Origin: Solirubrobacterales bacterium
Lineage (GTDB): Bacteria; Actinomycetota; Thermoleophilia; Solirubrobacterales; JACPNS01
Length of the DNA stretch: 64,000 nucleotides
Direction of reading: 5' to 3'
NCBI GenBank assembly: GCA_016185345.1
Contig: JACPNS010000011.1
Location: 124 to 64,123 of the forward strand
In this document: positions 7,364-17,090 of the stretch, piece after piece
Position numbering within the stretch: position 1 is the stretch's first letter
Layout: the number at the start of each line of letters is the position of its first letter
The notes under the pieces: generated by a model
The model's input: the letters and a program-made list of their open reading frames with translations, nothing else
Databases searched by the model: none
Told to the model about the DNA's origin: nothing
Position numbers and translations under genes: made by a program

Positions 7364-8163
7364 TATGCGACCAGCGGGGCGGCGATATCGATCGCCACAT
7401 CGTCAGCCATAACCGGAGCAACCGGTGCCATGGTCGCGCTCGCGTCGTTTGGCTCGGGATCAAAGCGGTAACCGATGCCGAAGTGCGTGTGCACGTAACG
7501 CCAGCCAGGCGACGCCGCTTCAAGCTTGTGGCGGACCTTTCGCACGAACACGTCAACCGAGCGGTCCCCGCGAGCCATTGCGTAGCCCCAGACGCGCTGG
7601 TAGATGTCTTCGCGCGGAAGTACTCGCCCATCGCTGCGCGCCAGAAGCAGCAGAAGTTCGTACTCGCGCTTGGTCAGGTCTACCGTGCGACCAGCTGCGA
7701 GCACTTCGTAGCGGTCGATTCGAAATTCGAGTTCGCCCATCGTGAGCGGGCCGGCGTCGGCGGCGGCGTCGGCTTCAATGCGGCGGTGTCGACGTGTGAC
7801 TGCTTCAACGCGAGCGACGACTTCTTCTGGATGGCAAGGCTTGCCAATCCAGTCGTCTACACCCATGCGCAGGCCACGGACTCGTTGCGCGACCGTGCTC
7901 TGCTCAGAGCAGACCACAAGTCCAACGGAACCGAGCGACTCGCCAAGCGTCTGGAGAATCTCCCAGTAGCCCGCGCCCAGCAGTGAAGGGTTCACCACGA
8001 TCGCGGCCGGGCGCATCGCGGCGAGCTCATCCGCAGGCGGTATTGATCGCAGCACGACATGCCGCCAGTCGGCCTGCTCAAGGCGCTTGCAAAGGACCGT
8101 GACGAAGCCGGAATCGTCGTCGATCACGACGACCTTTCGCGGGGATTTATCCGTTCGGCTCAT
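7363..8163 (-). CDS. OmpR-family winged-helix response regulator with an atypical receiver (Asn at the phospho-acceptor position)
   Basis: ATG 8163 gives MSRTDKSPRKVVVIDDDSGF... The receiver-like domain has AAIVVNPSLLG where the DLxLLDxxLPG motif is expected. The conserved Lys is kept (DDWIGKPC). The C-terminal trans_reg_C motif is LTKREYELLLLLARSDGRVLPREDIYQRVWG...VDVFVRKVRHKLE. Confidence 0.8.
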   Translation of the reverse strand: MSRTDKSPRKVVVIDDDSGFVTVLCKRLEQADWRHVVLRSIPPADELAAMRPAAIVVNPSLLGAGYWEILQTLGESLGSVGLVVCSEQSTVAQRVRGLRMGVDDWIGKPCHPEEVVARVEAVTRRHRRIEADAAADAGPLTMGELEFRIDRYEVLAAGRTVDLTKREYELLLLLARSDGRVLPREDIYQRVWGYAMARGDRSVDVFVRKVRHKLEAASPGWRYVHTHFGIGYRFDPEPNDASATMAPVAPVMADDVAIDIAAPLVA

Positions 8164-8235
8164 CAGTAGGTTGGCGGGCAAGAGATCTGCTCCGCTTTGC
8201 GCATAGTAACGGCGCATTCCGCCGTATTTGCAGCC

Positions 8236-8279
8236 GTTCACAGGTTTTTCACAAACTGGTTACAGATTGGTAACTACTT
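8236..8279 (+). promoter_or_regulatory. PHO-box-like array of four 11-nt direct repeat units
   Basis: The units are GTTCACAGGTT TTTCACAAACT GGTTACAGATT GGTAACTACTT. The array leaves 72 nt on each side within the 188-nt RR/pstS divergent intergenic region (8164-8351). Confidence 0.6.
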
Positions 8280-8351
8280 TGCCTCAAGGGATCTCCATGC
8301 TTGCTGCATACGTCAATCAGACGAAATCCCGAAAGGACCCAAGTACCTGTG

Positions 8352-9323
8352 ATGAAACGATTCAATGCACCGCTGATCGCGCTCACTGTTGTCGCGCTCG
8401 CTCTTTCCATCGTGGCCGTCGGTTGTGGCGGTGGCAACAACAGCGGTTCTACGAACTCTGACCTCTCCGGCACGATCAAGATTGACGGCTCAAGCACCGT
8501 TGCCCCACTGAGCGAAGCCGCTGCAGAGAAGTTCCAGGCCGAGAACGCGGACGTCCGCGTCACGGTCGGTACCTCCGGCACGGGCGGCGGATTCGAGAAG
8601 TTCTGCGCCGGCGAGACTGACCTCTCAGACGCATCGCGTCCGATCAAGGATGAAGAGATCAAGATCTGCGAGAAGAACGGCATCAAGTACGAGGAGCTCC
8701 AGGTCGCAAACGACGGTCTGGCGAACGTCGTCAACGTCCAGAACGACTTCGCCAAGTGCCTGACCACAGACCAGCTGAAGAAGATCTGGGACAAGGGTTC
8801 GAAGGTCGACAACTGGAACCAGGTTGACCCGAGCTTCCCGAATGAGAAGATGGATCTCTACGGCGCAGGGACCGACTCTGGAACCTTCGACTACTTCACC
8901 GAGGCAATCAACGGCGAAGAAGGCCAGAGCCGCACCGACTACAACGCCACCGAGGACGACAACGTCACGGTCCAGGGCGTATCGGGCACCAAGGGTGGCC
9001 TCGGCTACTTCGGCCTCTCCTACGTCTCACAGAACGAGGGCAAGATCAAGGCTCTCGAGATTGACGGCGGAGACGGCTGTGTCGCTCCGAGCACTAAGAC
9101 TGTTCAGGACGGCACGTACAAGCCGCTCTCACGCCCGCTGTTCGTATATGCGAGCGCCAAGGCCCTCCAGCGCCCGGAAGTGGATGCGTTCCTCGAGTAC
9201 TACATCACCAACCAGACCGAGATCGCAGGGCAGGCACTGTTCGTCCCGATGACGGAGGAGCAGGCTGCCGCGAGCAAGGCATCGATTGACAAGCTCGTCA
9301 AAGAAGCAGGCGCAACGTCGTAA
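8352..9323 (+). CDS. pstS: Phosphate ABC transporter substrate-binding lipoprotein
   Basis: [27 protein letters not shown] is a lipobox. [20 protein letters not shown]...[13 protein letters not shown] is the PstS signature. The gene heads pstCAB-phoU. Confidence 0.93.
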   Translation: MKRFNAPLIALTVVALALSIVAVGCGGGNNSGSTNSDLSGTIKIDGSSTVAPLSEAAAEKFQAENADVRVTVGTSGTGGGFEKFCAGETDLSDASRPIKDEEIKICEKNGIKYEELQVANDGLANVVNVQNDFAKCLTTDQLKKIWDKGSKVDNWNQVDPSFPNEKMDLYGAGTDSGTFDYFTEAINGEEGQSRTDYNATEDDNVTVQGVSGTKGGLGYFGLSYVSQNEGKIKALEIDGGDGCVAPSTKTVQDGTYKPLSRPLFVYASAKALQRPEVDAFLEYYITNQTEIAGQALFVPMTEEQAAASKASIDKLVKEAGATS

Positions 9324-9356
9324 TCCGTACGACCTCTCATTGACCAGAGACTGAAG

Positions 9357-10304
9357 ATGGAAGCCTCCGAGATGCGCGCGACCGAAGATCTGCAGATCAA
9401 GCAGCTCACGGTCGTGCGCCCTCGGTACGGCGAACTGGTAGTCCAAGGCATTCTCTTTCTCTGCGCCCTCGTCTCGATAATCACCACGGTCGGCATTGTT
9501 GTCGCGCTGATCGAGCCGTCGATCGAGTTCTTCAGTGAAGTCAGCTTCAAGGAGTTCTTCACCGGGACCACCTGGGCTCCGCTGTTCAATCCGCCGAGCT
9601 TCGGCGTGCTCCCGCTGATCACGGGAACCCTCGTCACAACCTTCTGGGCTCTGCTGATCTGCATCCCACTCGGCCTTGGCGCCGCGACATACCTCAGCGA
9701 GTACGCCAGCCCGAAGACGCGCAGCTTCCTCAAGCCTGTACTTGAAGTACTCGCCGGCGTCCCCACCGTCGTATACGGATTCTTCGCACTGACATTTGTC
9801 ACCCCGCTCTTCCAGGACCTCTGGCCTGGCGACGGAGGACCGGGCGTCTTCAACGCACTCTCTGCGGGAATCGTGATGGGCGTGATGATTCTGCCGACCA
9901 TCGCGTCGCTCTCTGAAGACGCAATGTCTGCCGTCCCTGGCGGCCTCCGCGAAGGTGCGCTGGCGCTGGGAAGCAACAAGGCTCAGGTCTCCACGCGCGT
10001 GGTCATCCCCGCGGCGCTCTCCGGAATCGTTGCCGGATTCGTCCTTGGCATCTCGCGTGCGGTTGGCGAGACGATGATCGTTCTTGTCGCCGCGGGTGGC
10101 ACGCCGAACCTCTCGTTCAACCCGTTGGAGGGAATGCAGACGATGACCGCGTTCATCGCCTCTGCCGGCCTGGGTGACCAGGCGACCGGCACTATCGGCT
10201 ACAAGACAATCTTCGCTGTCGGCGCCTCGCTCTTCATCATCACTTTCGTGATGAACATGATCAGCATCCGCCTCGTCCGCAAATACCGAGAGGTCTACGA
10301 GTAA
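9357..10304 (+). CDS. pstC: Phosphate ABC transporter permease PstC
   Basis: 315-aa polytopic membrane protein in the pst operon position, with an EAA-type loop (EDAMSAVPGGLREGALALG). Confidence 0.92.
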   Translation: MEASEMRATEDLQIKQLTVVRPRYGELVVQGILFLCALVSIITTVGIVVALIEPSIEFFSEVSFKEFFTGTTWAPLFNPPSFGVLPLITGTLVTTFWALLICIPLGLGAATYLSEYASPKTRSFLKPVLEVLAGVPTVVYGFFALTFVTPLFQDLWPGDGGPGVFNALSAGIVMGVMILPTIASLSEDAMSAVPGGLREGALALGSNKAQVSTRVVIPAALSGIVAGFVLGISRAVGETMIVLVAAGGTPNLSFNPLEGMQTMTAFIASAGLGDQATGTIGYKTIFAVGASLFIITFVMNMISIRLVRKYREVYE

Positions 10305-11194
10305 TGAAATCGATCGGCGACGCAGCAGCACGCACCGAGCTCGAATCGCGTCATCGCGACCTCTTCGAGCGCGGCTTCAAGTTCGCGCTGGTCTTCAGCC
10401 TCGTGTTCGGTATCGCCGCGCTCATCACACTGGTTGCCCAGGTGCTGATCGAGGGCATGCCGCGACTTAACAGCCAGCTGCTGACGAGCTTTCCCTCAGG
10501 TGTCCCCGAGAACGCTGGCGCGCAGTCTGCGATCTGGGGAACGATCTGGGTAATCGGCGTCACCGCAGCATTCACTATCCCAGTCGGGATCGGTGCGGCC
10601 GTATACCTGGAGGAATACGCAAACAAGGAGCGTCGCTGGAACCGCTTCGTCGAGCTCAACCTGCAGAACCTCGCCGCAGTGCCGGCGATCGTTTACGGAA
10701 TCCTCGGACTCGCCTTCCTCGTCCGCGGCTTCTTCGGCTTTGGCCAAACGGTGCTCGCCGCCGGACTGACGCTCGGCCTACTCGTCCTTCCGATCGTGAT
10801 CATCTCGTCGCGCGAAGCGATCAAGTCCGTGCCGGACACGATCAGGCAGGGCGCCTACGCGCTCGGCGCGACGCGCTGGCAGACAGTTCGACGCCAGGTC
10901 CTCCCCGCCGCCATTCCCGGAATCGCCACCGGCACGATCCTCGCACTTTCCCGCGCGATCGGTGAGGCCGCGCCACTCGTGCTGATCGGTGGACTGACCT
11001 TCATCACGTTCAACCCCGAGGGCTTGGACAGTCAGTTCACGGTGCTCCCGATCCAGATCTTCAACTGGATCTCGCGTCCGCAGGAAGAGTTCAAGATTCT
11101 CGCCGCAGCCGCAATCGTGGTACTGCTCGTGATCCTGCTGGTGATGAACGCCCTTGCAATCTTCCTGCGCAACAAGTACCAGCGCAAGTACTGA
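10304..11194 (+). CDS. pstA: Phosphate ABC transporter permease PstA
   Basis: 296-aa permease ([25 protein letters not shown]). It has a 1-nt overlap with pstC. Confidence 0.92.
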   Translation: MKSIGDAAARTELESRHRDLFERGFKFALVFSLVFGIAALITLVAQVLIEGMPRLNSQLLTSFPSGVPENAGAQSAIWGTIWVIGVTAAFTIPVGIGAAVYLEEYANKERRWNRFVELNLQNLAAVPAIVYGILGLAFLVRGFFGFGQTVLAAGLTLGLLVLPIVIISSREAIKSVPDTIRQGAYALGATRWQTVRRQVLPAAIPGIATGTILALSRAIGEAAPLVLIGGLTFITFNPEGLDSQFTVLPIQIFNWISRPQEEFKILAAAAIVVLLVILLVMNALAIFLRNKYQRKY

Positions 11195-11258
11195 TCAAAG
11201 ACACGATCGAGACACCCCAAATGAACACAAACCAAACTATTCACGGCGCCGAGGTGCG

Positions 11259-12140
11259 ATGATGGCACGGAAGGTCGAAGGCACAACGATGACGGAAGAG
11301 AATCAGGCACAAGTGACACCGATGCAGCAGTTCGAACCGCAGCACCAGGCGGAGAAGGCGCCGCGTGAGAGCCTGGTGACGATCGAAGACGTCACCGTCA
11401 AGTATCACGGGTCCACTGCAGTGGAAGGCGTCACCTTTGACATCGCCAGCAAAGAGATCACCGCACTGATCGGCGCCTCCGGCTGCGGAAAGAGCACGCT
11501 CCTGCGCTGCATCAACCGCATGAACGACTTGATCCCCGGCGCAGAAGTGTCCGGCAAGATCGAATTCAAGGGCGTTGACCTCTACGGCGACAACATCGAC
11601 CCGGTGCAGGTGCGCAAGCTCGTCGGCATGGTCTTTCAGAAGCCCAACCCCTTCCCCAAGTCGATCTACGACAACGTCGCCTTTGGCCCCCGCGTGCTCG
11701 GCATGAAGGACAACCTCGACGAGATCGTCGAGACCTCACTGCGCCGCGCTTCCCTCTGGGACGAGGTGAAGAACCGCCTCGACCAGAGCGCACTGGGTAT
11801 GAGCGGTGGCCAACAGCAGCGCCTCTGCATCGCTCGCGCGATTGCCACCTCGCCTGGCGTGATCCTGATGGACGAGCCGTGCTCCGCACTTGACCCGATC
11901 TCAACTGGTCGCATCGAAGACCTGATGGAAGAACTCAAAGAGGACTACACGATCGTGATCGTCACGCACAACATGCAGCAAGCTGCACGCGTGAGCGACA
12001 AGACCGCCTACTTCACCGTCGAGGTCAACGAAGACGACAAGCGCTTCGGTCGCCTGATCGAGTTCGATGACACAGAAAGAATCTTCACCAATCCGAGCGA
12101 TCAGCGCACGGAGGACTACGTCACCGGAAAGGTCGGCTAG
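11259..12140 (+). CDS. pstB: Phosphate ABC transporter ATP-binding protein
   Basis: Walker [10 protein letters not shown], the PstB-typical [14 protein letters not shown], and signature [14 protein letters not shown]. The start is chosen at ATGATG 11259, after a GAGGTG Shine-Dalgarno sequence. The ORF track starts at 11154, inside pstA. Confidence 0.93.
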   Translation: MMARKVEGTTMTEENQAQVTPMQQFEPQHQAEKAPRESLVTIEDVTVKYHGSTAVEGVTFDIASKEITALIGASGCGKSTLLRCINRMNDLIPGAEVSGKIEFKGVDLYGDNIDPVQVRKLVGMVFQKPNPFPKSIYDNVAFGPRVLGMKDNLDEIVETSLRRASLWDEVKNRLDQSALGMSGGQQQRLCIARAIATSPGVILMDEPCSALDPISTGRIEDLMEELKEDYTIVIVTHNMQQAARVSDKTAYFTVEVNEDDKRFGRLIEFDDTERIFTNPSDQRTEDYVTGKVG

Positions 12141-12144
12141 CCGA

Positions 12145-12840
12145 ATGTCAAATGACAAGCCCCGCATGGTCTTCCAGGAGGACCTCGCCGCGATCGAGGA
12201 AATCACGCTCTCGATGTTCGATCTCGCGGCGGAGATGGCCGACCGTGCCGTCGAGGCCGTGCTCAATCAGGACATCGAGCTCGCCCGAATGGTCATCGAC
12301 TCGGATGACAAGATCGACGGTCGCTACCTCGAGGTCAGTCAGAGTCTGCTGAACCTGATCGCCTTGCAGGCACCGGTCGCCAGCGACCTCCGCCTGATCG
12401 CTGCGCTGCTTTCAACCAACACCCACGTCGAGCGAATGGGCGACCTGGCAGTCAACGTTGCCAAGGCCGTCCCGCTTTCCGGCGAAGAGCCCCCGGTCGA
12501 CGCTCAGATCCTCAACATCATCGAGAAGATGGGTCTTCAAGTCCGCAGCCAGATCGAGCAGGCCAAGTCTGCGCTCGCAACCCAGGACGCGAAACTCGCC
12601 GAGAACCTGGTCATCGAAGACGACATCATCGACGCGCTGAACAAAGAGATCTTCCGCCGCGCAATCGAAATCGGCACCGACGAAGACCGCCGCGAGTGGG
12701 CGATTCTGATGGTGCTGATCGGCCGCCACCTCGAGCGCATCGGCGACAACTGCGTGGACATCGGTGAGCAGGTCGCCTTTGTCGTCACCGGTGAGTTCCG
12801 TGAGTTCACCGACGCTTCAGCCGGCGCCAACGCTCACTAG
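12145..12840 (+). CDS. phoU: Phosphate signalling complex protein PhoU
   Basis: MSNDKPRMVFQEDLAAIEE... with two PhoU repeats (VERMGDLAVNVAK / LERIGDNCVDIGE). It follows pstB by 4 nt. Confidence 0.92.
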   Translation: MSNDKPRMVFQEDLAAIEEITLSMFDLAAEMADRAVEAVLNQDIELARMVIDSDDKIDGRYLEVSQSLLNLIALQAPVASDLRLIAALLSTNTHVERMGDLAVNVAKAVPLSGEEPPVDAQILNIIEKMGLQVRSQIEQAKSALATQDAKLAENLVIEDDIIDALNKEIFRRAIEIGTDEDRREWAILMVLIGRHLERIGDNCVDIGEQVAFVVTGEFREFTDASAGANAH

Positions 12841-12846
12841 TTCGTT

Positions 12847-13356
12847 CTATTCGCGATTGACGGCGCGGGCTGCGCGTCGCACCTGGCGCGCCTCGTACCA
12901 GTCCCGTCGAGCGACGTAAACGGTCTTCTCGATCGTGGCGTAGACGCTTCCGTTCGCGTCTTTCAGATCCAGTGAGTGCTTGTAGACGAAGCTGTTGTTT
13001 TCGTCTGCCTGACGCTTTACTTCCGCGGCCACATGCTGCGGGATCCGAAAGCGCGCGAACAGCGTTTCGGTGCCGGGCCGCTTGAAGGCAACACGCGCGT
13101 TCTTGTCCCAGATCACGTACTCCTCGCCGAGCTGGCGCTGGAGCATCCACATCACGTACGGATCGCAGGCCGAGTAGATGCTGCCGCCGAAGGTCGTGCC
13201 CTGCGAGTTGCGTGTGCGGCGGTTCAGCGGGAGCTTCACGTCGAGCTCGGTCCAGTCTTCACTGACGTGAATCACCCTCCCGCCAGTGGCACGCAGGTGC
13301 GGCTGCAGGTTCAGGCAGCGCCAGTAGAGCCAGAAGGGGAGCGCGTCCCCTCGCAT
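12847..13356 (-). CDS. Hot-dog-fold protein, DUF4442/YiiD_C-like (putative thioesterase)
   Basis: Internal ATG 13356 forms a TGATG overlap with the uppP stop. LPFWLYWRCLNLQPHLRATGGRVIHVSEDWTELDVKLPL...FGGSIYSACDPYVMW resembles DUF4442. The family call is from memory only. Confidence 0.5.
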   Translation of the reverse strand: MRGDALPFWLYWRCLNLQPHLRATGGRVIHVSEDWTELDVKLPLNRRTRNSQGTTFGGSIYSACDPYVMWMLQRQLGEEYVIWDKNARVAFKRPGTETLFARFRIPQHVAAEVKRQADENNSFVYKHSLDLKDANGSVYATIEKTVYVARRDWYEARQVRRAARAVNRE

Positions 13357-14195
13357 CAAGCCGGTGGAACGTTGGAGATCAGGCCGCTGGTGGCGAGAAC
13401 CAGCACGAGCGCTCCCAGCGCAAGCCTGTAGAGCACGAAGATCTTCATCGTGTGTTCGCCGAGCCACTTGAGCAGGAAGGCGATCGACCAGTAGCCGACG
13501 ACAAACGCTGCGAGCGTGGCGGCGATCAACGCCGGCGTGCCAACTCCCGTTGATCCACCGACGACGTCGCGCAGCCCGTAGATTCCGCTGAGCACGACCG
13601 CCGGGACCGACAACAGAAACGAGAAGCGTGCGGCGTCGCGACGCGTGAAGCCGCGGAAAAGACCAAATGTGATGGTGGCGCCCGAGCGCGAGACGCCTGG
13701 GATCAACGCCAGAGACTGGGCGAGGCCGATCGCCACAGCATCCGGCACCTTGATCGAATCAAGCCTGCGCGTGTGGGTGGCGAAGATGTCCGCCGCCCCG
13801 AGCACGAGACCGAAGATGATCAGCATCGACCCGACGAGATAGAGATTGCGCGCGCCGCCCTCGATCTGGTCGCTGAAGGCGAGACCAAAGACGATGATCG
13901 GAAGTGTTCCCAGGCCCAGGTACCAGCCCATACGCGCGTTGAGTTCGTCCTCAGGCCCGTCGGTGCGGCCAAGAAGCGATCGCACGAAGGCGCTGGTGAT
14001 CTCCCAGAGGTCCTTGCGGAAGTAGATGACGACGGCAGCCATCGTTCCCAGCTGAATGACGGCGGTGAACGCAGCTCCGGGATCCTCCCATCCCATGATC
14101 GCCGGAACGATCAGCAGGTGGCCGCTGCTGGAGATCGGCAGGAACTCGGTAAGTCCCTGAACGACGCCGAGAATGATCGCTTGAAAGATGCTCAT
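13356..14195 (-). CDS. uppP: Undecaprenyl-diphosphate phosphatase
   Basis: MSIFQAIILGVVQGLTEFLPISSSGHLLI... and PGVSRSGATI are the BacA/UppP signatures. Confidence 0.93.
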   Translation of the reverse strand: MSIFQAIILGVVQGLTEFLPISSSGHLLIVPAIMGWEDPGAAFTAVIQLGTMAAVVIYFRKDLWEITSAFVRSLLGRTDGPEDELNARMGWYLGLGTLPIIVFGLAFSDQIEGGARNLYLVGSMLIIFGLVLGAADIFATHTRRLDSIKVPDAVAIGLAQSLALIPGVSRSGATITFGLFRGFTRRDAARFSFLLSVPAVVLSGIYGLRDVVGGSTGVGTPALIAATLAAFVVGYWSIAFLLKWLGEHTMKIFVLYRLALGALVLVLATSGLISNVPPA

Positions 14196-14263
14196 CAGCG
14201 GCGCACGTTAGTGGACGCAACTGAGAAAATCGAGGCGGTGGGCCCGCTTGTACACTTAGCCCG

Positions 14264-14506
14264 ATGAAGAATGCAGCAAAGACAGCTCTTTTGACCCTCG
14301 CCGTGCTGATGTCGTTGGCCTCCACAGCCTTTGCCGGAGACGCTGGCCAGGGTTGGTACGGCGAAGTCAACGACAAGATCGTCACCTTCTTCGGCCTCGG
14401 CCTCGTGATCCTCTTCCCGCTCGTCGCGGCAATCGGCAGCTTTGTTCAGGGTCGCCTGGAACGCCGCTCCGACGAGCGCAAGAGCGCGATCTTCAAGCAC
14501 AAGTAG
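14264..14506 (+). CDS. Small secreted/membrane protein, unknown function
   Basis: 80 aa with a signal peptide (ALLTLAVLMSLASTAFAG), one transmembrane helix and a basic tail. Confidence 0.45.
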   Translation: MKNAAKTALLTLAVLMSLASTAFAGDAGQGWYGEVNDKIVTFFGLGLVILFPLVAAIGSFVQGRLERRSDERKSAIFKHK

Positions 14507-14513
14507 GCCGGCC

Positions 14514-15404
14514 TTGCAGGCGGCCCGCGGCGTTGTCAATGAACGAGCTGCGTGCATCGACGTTGGCTCGAACACGACTGCGCTCCTGGTTGCTGACCTG
14601 ATCGACGGCGAGATCACGCCCGTCGGCACTCGGCGCGTCTTCACGATGCTTGGCGCATCGACCGGCCCCAAGGGCATCAGCCCCGAGAAGATCGAAGAGA
14701 CGACGACCGCCATCGCCGAGTTGCAGCTCTACGCGAGATCGCTCGACTGCGTGAACGTCGAGCTCGTCGCCACCCATGTGGTGCGCGAGGCGCACAACGG
14801 CCATGAGCTCGAAGCACGCGTGCTCGAATCGACGGGCCTGGTCATGGACGTGATCGACGGCCACCAGGAGGCGCGCTTCTCGTTCATCGGCGCGATCGGT
14901 GGATTGGATCGAGTGCGTGGCTCGACGGTCGTGATCGACGCCGGCGGAGGCTCCACAGAGGTCTCCTTCTGCATGCCCGGCGCAGAGCCCGTGACTGCGA
15001 GCTTCAAGATCGGCTCGGCGACTCTTCAGCAGCAGTTCATTCACTCTGACCCGCCCAGCCCGGCCGAGATCACGAAGGCGCGCGAGTACGCCGACAAGCA
15101 GTTCGATCAACTCGACTTTCCCGCCGACTGCAAGCTGGCGTTGGCTGTCGGCGGCGGCGCAAGCACAGCTCGCCAGTTGACGGGCGGCGTGCTCGACAAA
15201 CCGGGGATCGCCCGCGTGCTGGCACTTACTACGAGCATGTCGTCCAACGACCTCTCCGAGAAGTTCGACCTGGCGCTCAATCGAGCGCGCCTCCTGCCGG
15301 CGGGACTGACGATCCTTCACGCGCTTGTGGATCGGCTTGGGGTCGGCCTCGAGGTCGGGCGCGGCGGTCTGCGCGAAGGCGTGCTGATCGACCGCTACAG
15401 CTAG
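14514..15404 (+). CDS. Ppx/GppA-family exopolyphosphatase/phosphohydrolase (start uncertain; ORF track starts at 14442)
   Basis: AACIDVGSNTTALLVADL...IDAGGGSTEV are the ASKHA/Ppx-GppA phosphate-binding motifs. In-frame TTG 14514 avoids overlap with the preceding small gene. Confidence 0.75.
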   Translation: MQAARGVVNERAACIDVGSNTTALLVADLIDGEITPVGTRRVFTMLGASTGPKGISPEKIEETTTAIAELQLYARSLDCVNVELVATHVVREAHNGHELEARVLESTGLVMDVIDGHQEARFSFIGAIGGLDRVRGSTVVIDAGGGSTEVSFCMPGAEPVTASFKIGSATLQQQFIHSDPPSPAEITKAREYADKQFDQLDFPADCKLALAVGGGASTARQLTGGVLDKPGIARVLALTTSMSSNDLSEKFDLALNRARLLPAGLTILHALVDRLGVGLEVGRGGLREGVLIDRYS

Positions 15405-16174
15405 AGAACGACCTGCGCGAGCATCGCGATCGCAGCAAGCAGCACGATCGCCGCGATCGTTTGTACCAGGGCAACCGTGTTCAGCCGTCCCGTCAGGTGA
15501 GCGCCGATGTATGCCCCGGGGATGGAGCCGGCTGCGCCAATCGCGAAGAGCTGCCAATCAAACCCAGCGCCCCCGGCGGTCAGGTGACCGATCGCCCCGG
15601 CCACGCCAACGACGATTCCGGCAGTGAGGTTGGTGCCGACAAGCCTCTGCGGAGTCTCATCCGTGAATCGCAATAGCGCGGGAAAGCGCAGCGAGCCAAG
15701 GATCAGACCGACGGCGCCGCCGAGCAGACCGACGACGAGCCCGATTGTGACCGTCGCCGCACGGTGGTCCTTCTGCCCGCCAGCGGACGCGTCTGGCTGC
15801 GGGCGCTTGTCGGCCGGCTGCCACTGAGACAGTTCCCAGGCGCCATAGAACAAGACGACCGAGATGAAGATCAGCAGCGCGTCCTCGGGGACTGTCGTGG
15901 CCAGATATCCGCCGACCAGACCTCCAACCAACGACGGCGGCGCGAGCCACCAGAACATCGTCCAGTTGATTCGGCCCTCGCGGACGTGCTTGATCGAGGC
16001 CGTCGCCGCAGCCACAGCGCTGATCGCGACGTTCGCCCCGCCGCCAGCGGCCGCGGTGTCTGCGAACGAGACGGCCGCAGGCAGTCGCATGTTTCCGAGC
16101 ACGAGCCCGGCGACGCCGCCAGCAACGGCGACGACGAAACACAGGACCCCGAAGGCGACGTACTCGATGACCAC
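15401..16174 (-). CDS. TauE/SafE-family anion exporter membrane protein
   Basis: 257-aa glycine-rich polytopic membrane protein with the duplicated 4-TM pattern typical of TauE/SafE. Confidence 0.6.
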   Translation of the reverse strand: MVIEYVAFGVLCFVVAVAGGVAGLVLGNMRLPAAVSFADTAAAGGGANVAISAVAAATASIKHVREGRINWTMFWWLAPPSLVGGLVGGYLATTVPEDALLIFISVVLFYGAWELSQWQPADKRPQPDASAGGQKDHRAATVTIGLVVGLLGGAVGLILGSLRFPALLRFTDETPQRLVGTNLTAGIVVGVAGAIGHLTAGGAGFDWQLFAIGAAGSIPGAYIGAHLTGRLNTVALVQTIAAIVLLAAIAMLAQVVL

Positions 16175-16177
16175 GGG

Positions 16178-17023
16178 CTAGAAAGTCACGTCGGGCAACA
16201 AGCGTGCTTCGTGCTCGCGGTCAACACGTGCCGCGACCTCGACGTAGCGCTCGATCCCAGACCCCTTGAGCTTGTTCCCGAGCAACTCGTCGATCTGGAA
16301 TATTCCGGCGGAGTTGTTCATCGTGATCTCGATTCGCACCGGCTTCACCGCACCGGCCGAGATGCTCACGCCATCGATCGCCGCAGCGCTGAGCGCGTGG
16401 ATGTTTTTCTGTCCTGCCTCGAATGGCACGCGCGAGCGGCCTGCGGCCATGTCGAGCGCATCGGCCACCCGGACCACGCCTGCCTCGATCGTCAACGGAG
16501 TGCCGTTGCGGCGGTGGCCGATGATCGCGTGCTGGATCTCTGCGGCAATCACCGAGCGCTCGGGCTCGTCGTAGATCCCGTCAAGCAAATGGTCGAGTTT
16601 GTCGGCCGCCAGGAAGAGACTGTAGGCCTCGTGGTCGGCGCGGTGGATGCTCATGCCAACGTCGTGAAGCATCGCGCCGGCGACGACGATCACCTCGGCG
16701 TCGCGGCGGTCCATCCCAAAGTCTTTGAAGACCGAGGGCTCGACTCCGCGCTTGGCCAGCAGGCGAAGGATGCGCAGCGCGATGTTGCTGACGACCTGGA
16801 TGTGAACCCAGCCATGGTCGGACATCCCGAGGCGCTTGGTCGCGTTGACGTCGGCGACGACCCACCAGGCCTTCAGCTGCGCGTCGGCGTTGGCGTTCTC
16901 GATCAGCCGATCGAGCTTGCGGTTGCCCCTGGTCGGGACGTGAATGTCGATTTCGGCGATAGCCGTGGAGAGTGAGCGTTCATCGGTCCTGAACGCAGTT
17001 ACTTTTTCTTGTGTCTGTGTCAT
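16178..17023 (-). CDS. HD-domain phosphohydrolase
   Basis: The H...HD pattern is WVHIQVVSNIAL...GAMLHDVGMSIHRADHE. Confidence 0.65.
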   Translation of the reverse strand: MTQTQEKVTAFRTDERSLSTAIAEIDIHVPTRGNRKLDRLIENANADAQLKAWWVVADVNATKRLGMSDHGWVHIQVVSNIALRILRLLAKRGVEPSVFKDFGMDRRDAEVIVVAGAMLHDVGMSIHRADHEAYSLFLAADKLDHLLDGIYDEPERSVIAAEIQHAIIGHRRNGTPLTIEAGVVRVADALDMAAGRSRVPFEAGQKNIHALSAAAIDGVSISAGAVKPVRIEITMNNSAGIFQIDELLGNKLKGSGIERYVEVAARVDREHEARLLPDVTF

Positions 17024-17090
17024 GTACAGACCAAATTAGTGCGCTAATCGCTGCTTCCTTGCAGCATTCACAAGGCTTTCACAAGTACCG

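Noticed and set aside
9129-10331. Long antisense or alternative-frame ORFs in the track. Examples: 9129-10331 (400 aa), 14493-15557 (354 aa), 15764-16975 (403 aa), 28627-30072 (481 aa), 35228-36118 (296 aa), 50808-51917 (369 aa), 5130-6065 and 5347-6291, 26459-27388.
   Set aside because: Each lies opposite to, or out of frame with, a gene that has clear family motifs (pstC, ppx, TauE/HD, tldD, hyuA, sufS, GGDEF, pyrF/hup). Their translations are Arg/Ala/Pro/Gly-rich low-complexity strings, which is typical of shadow ORFs in high-GC DNA.
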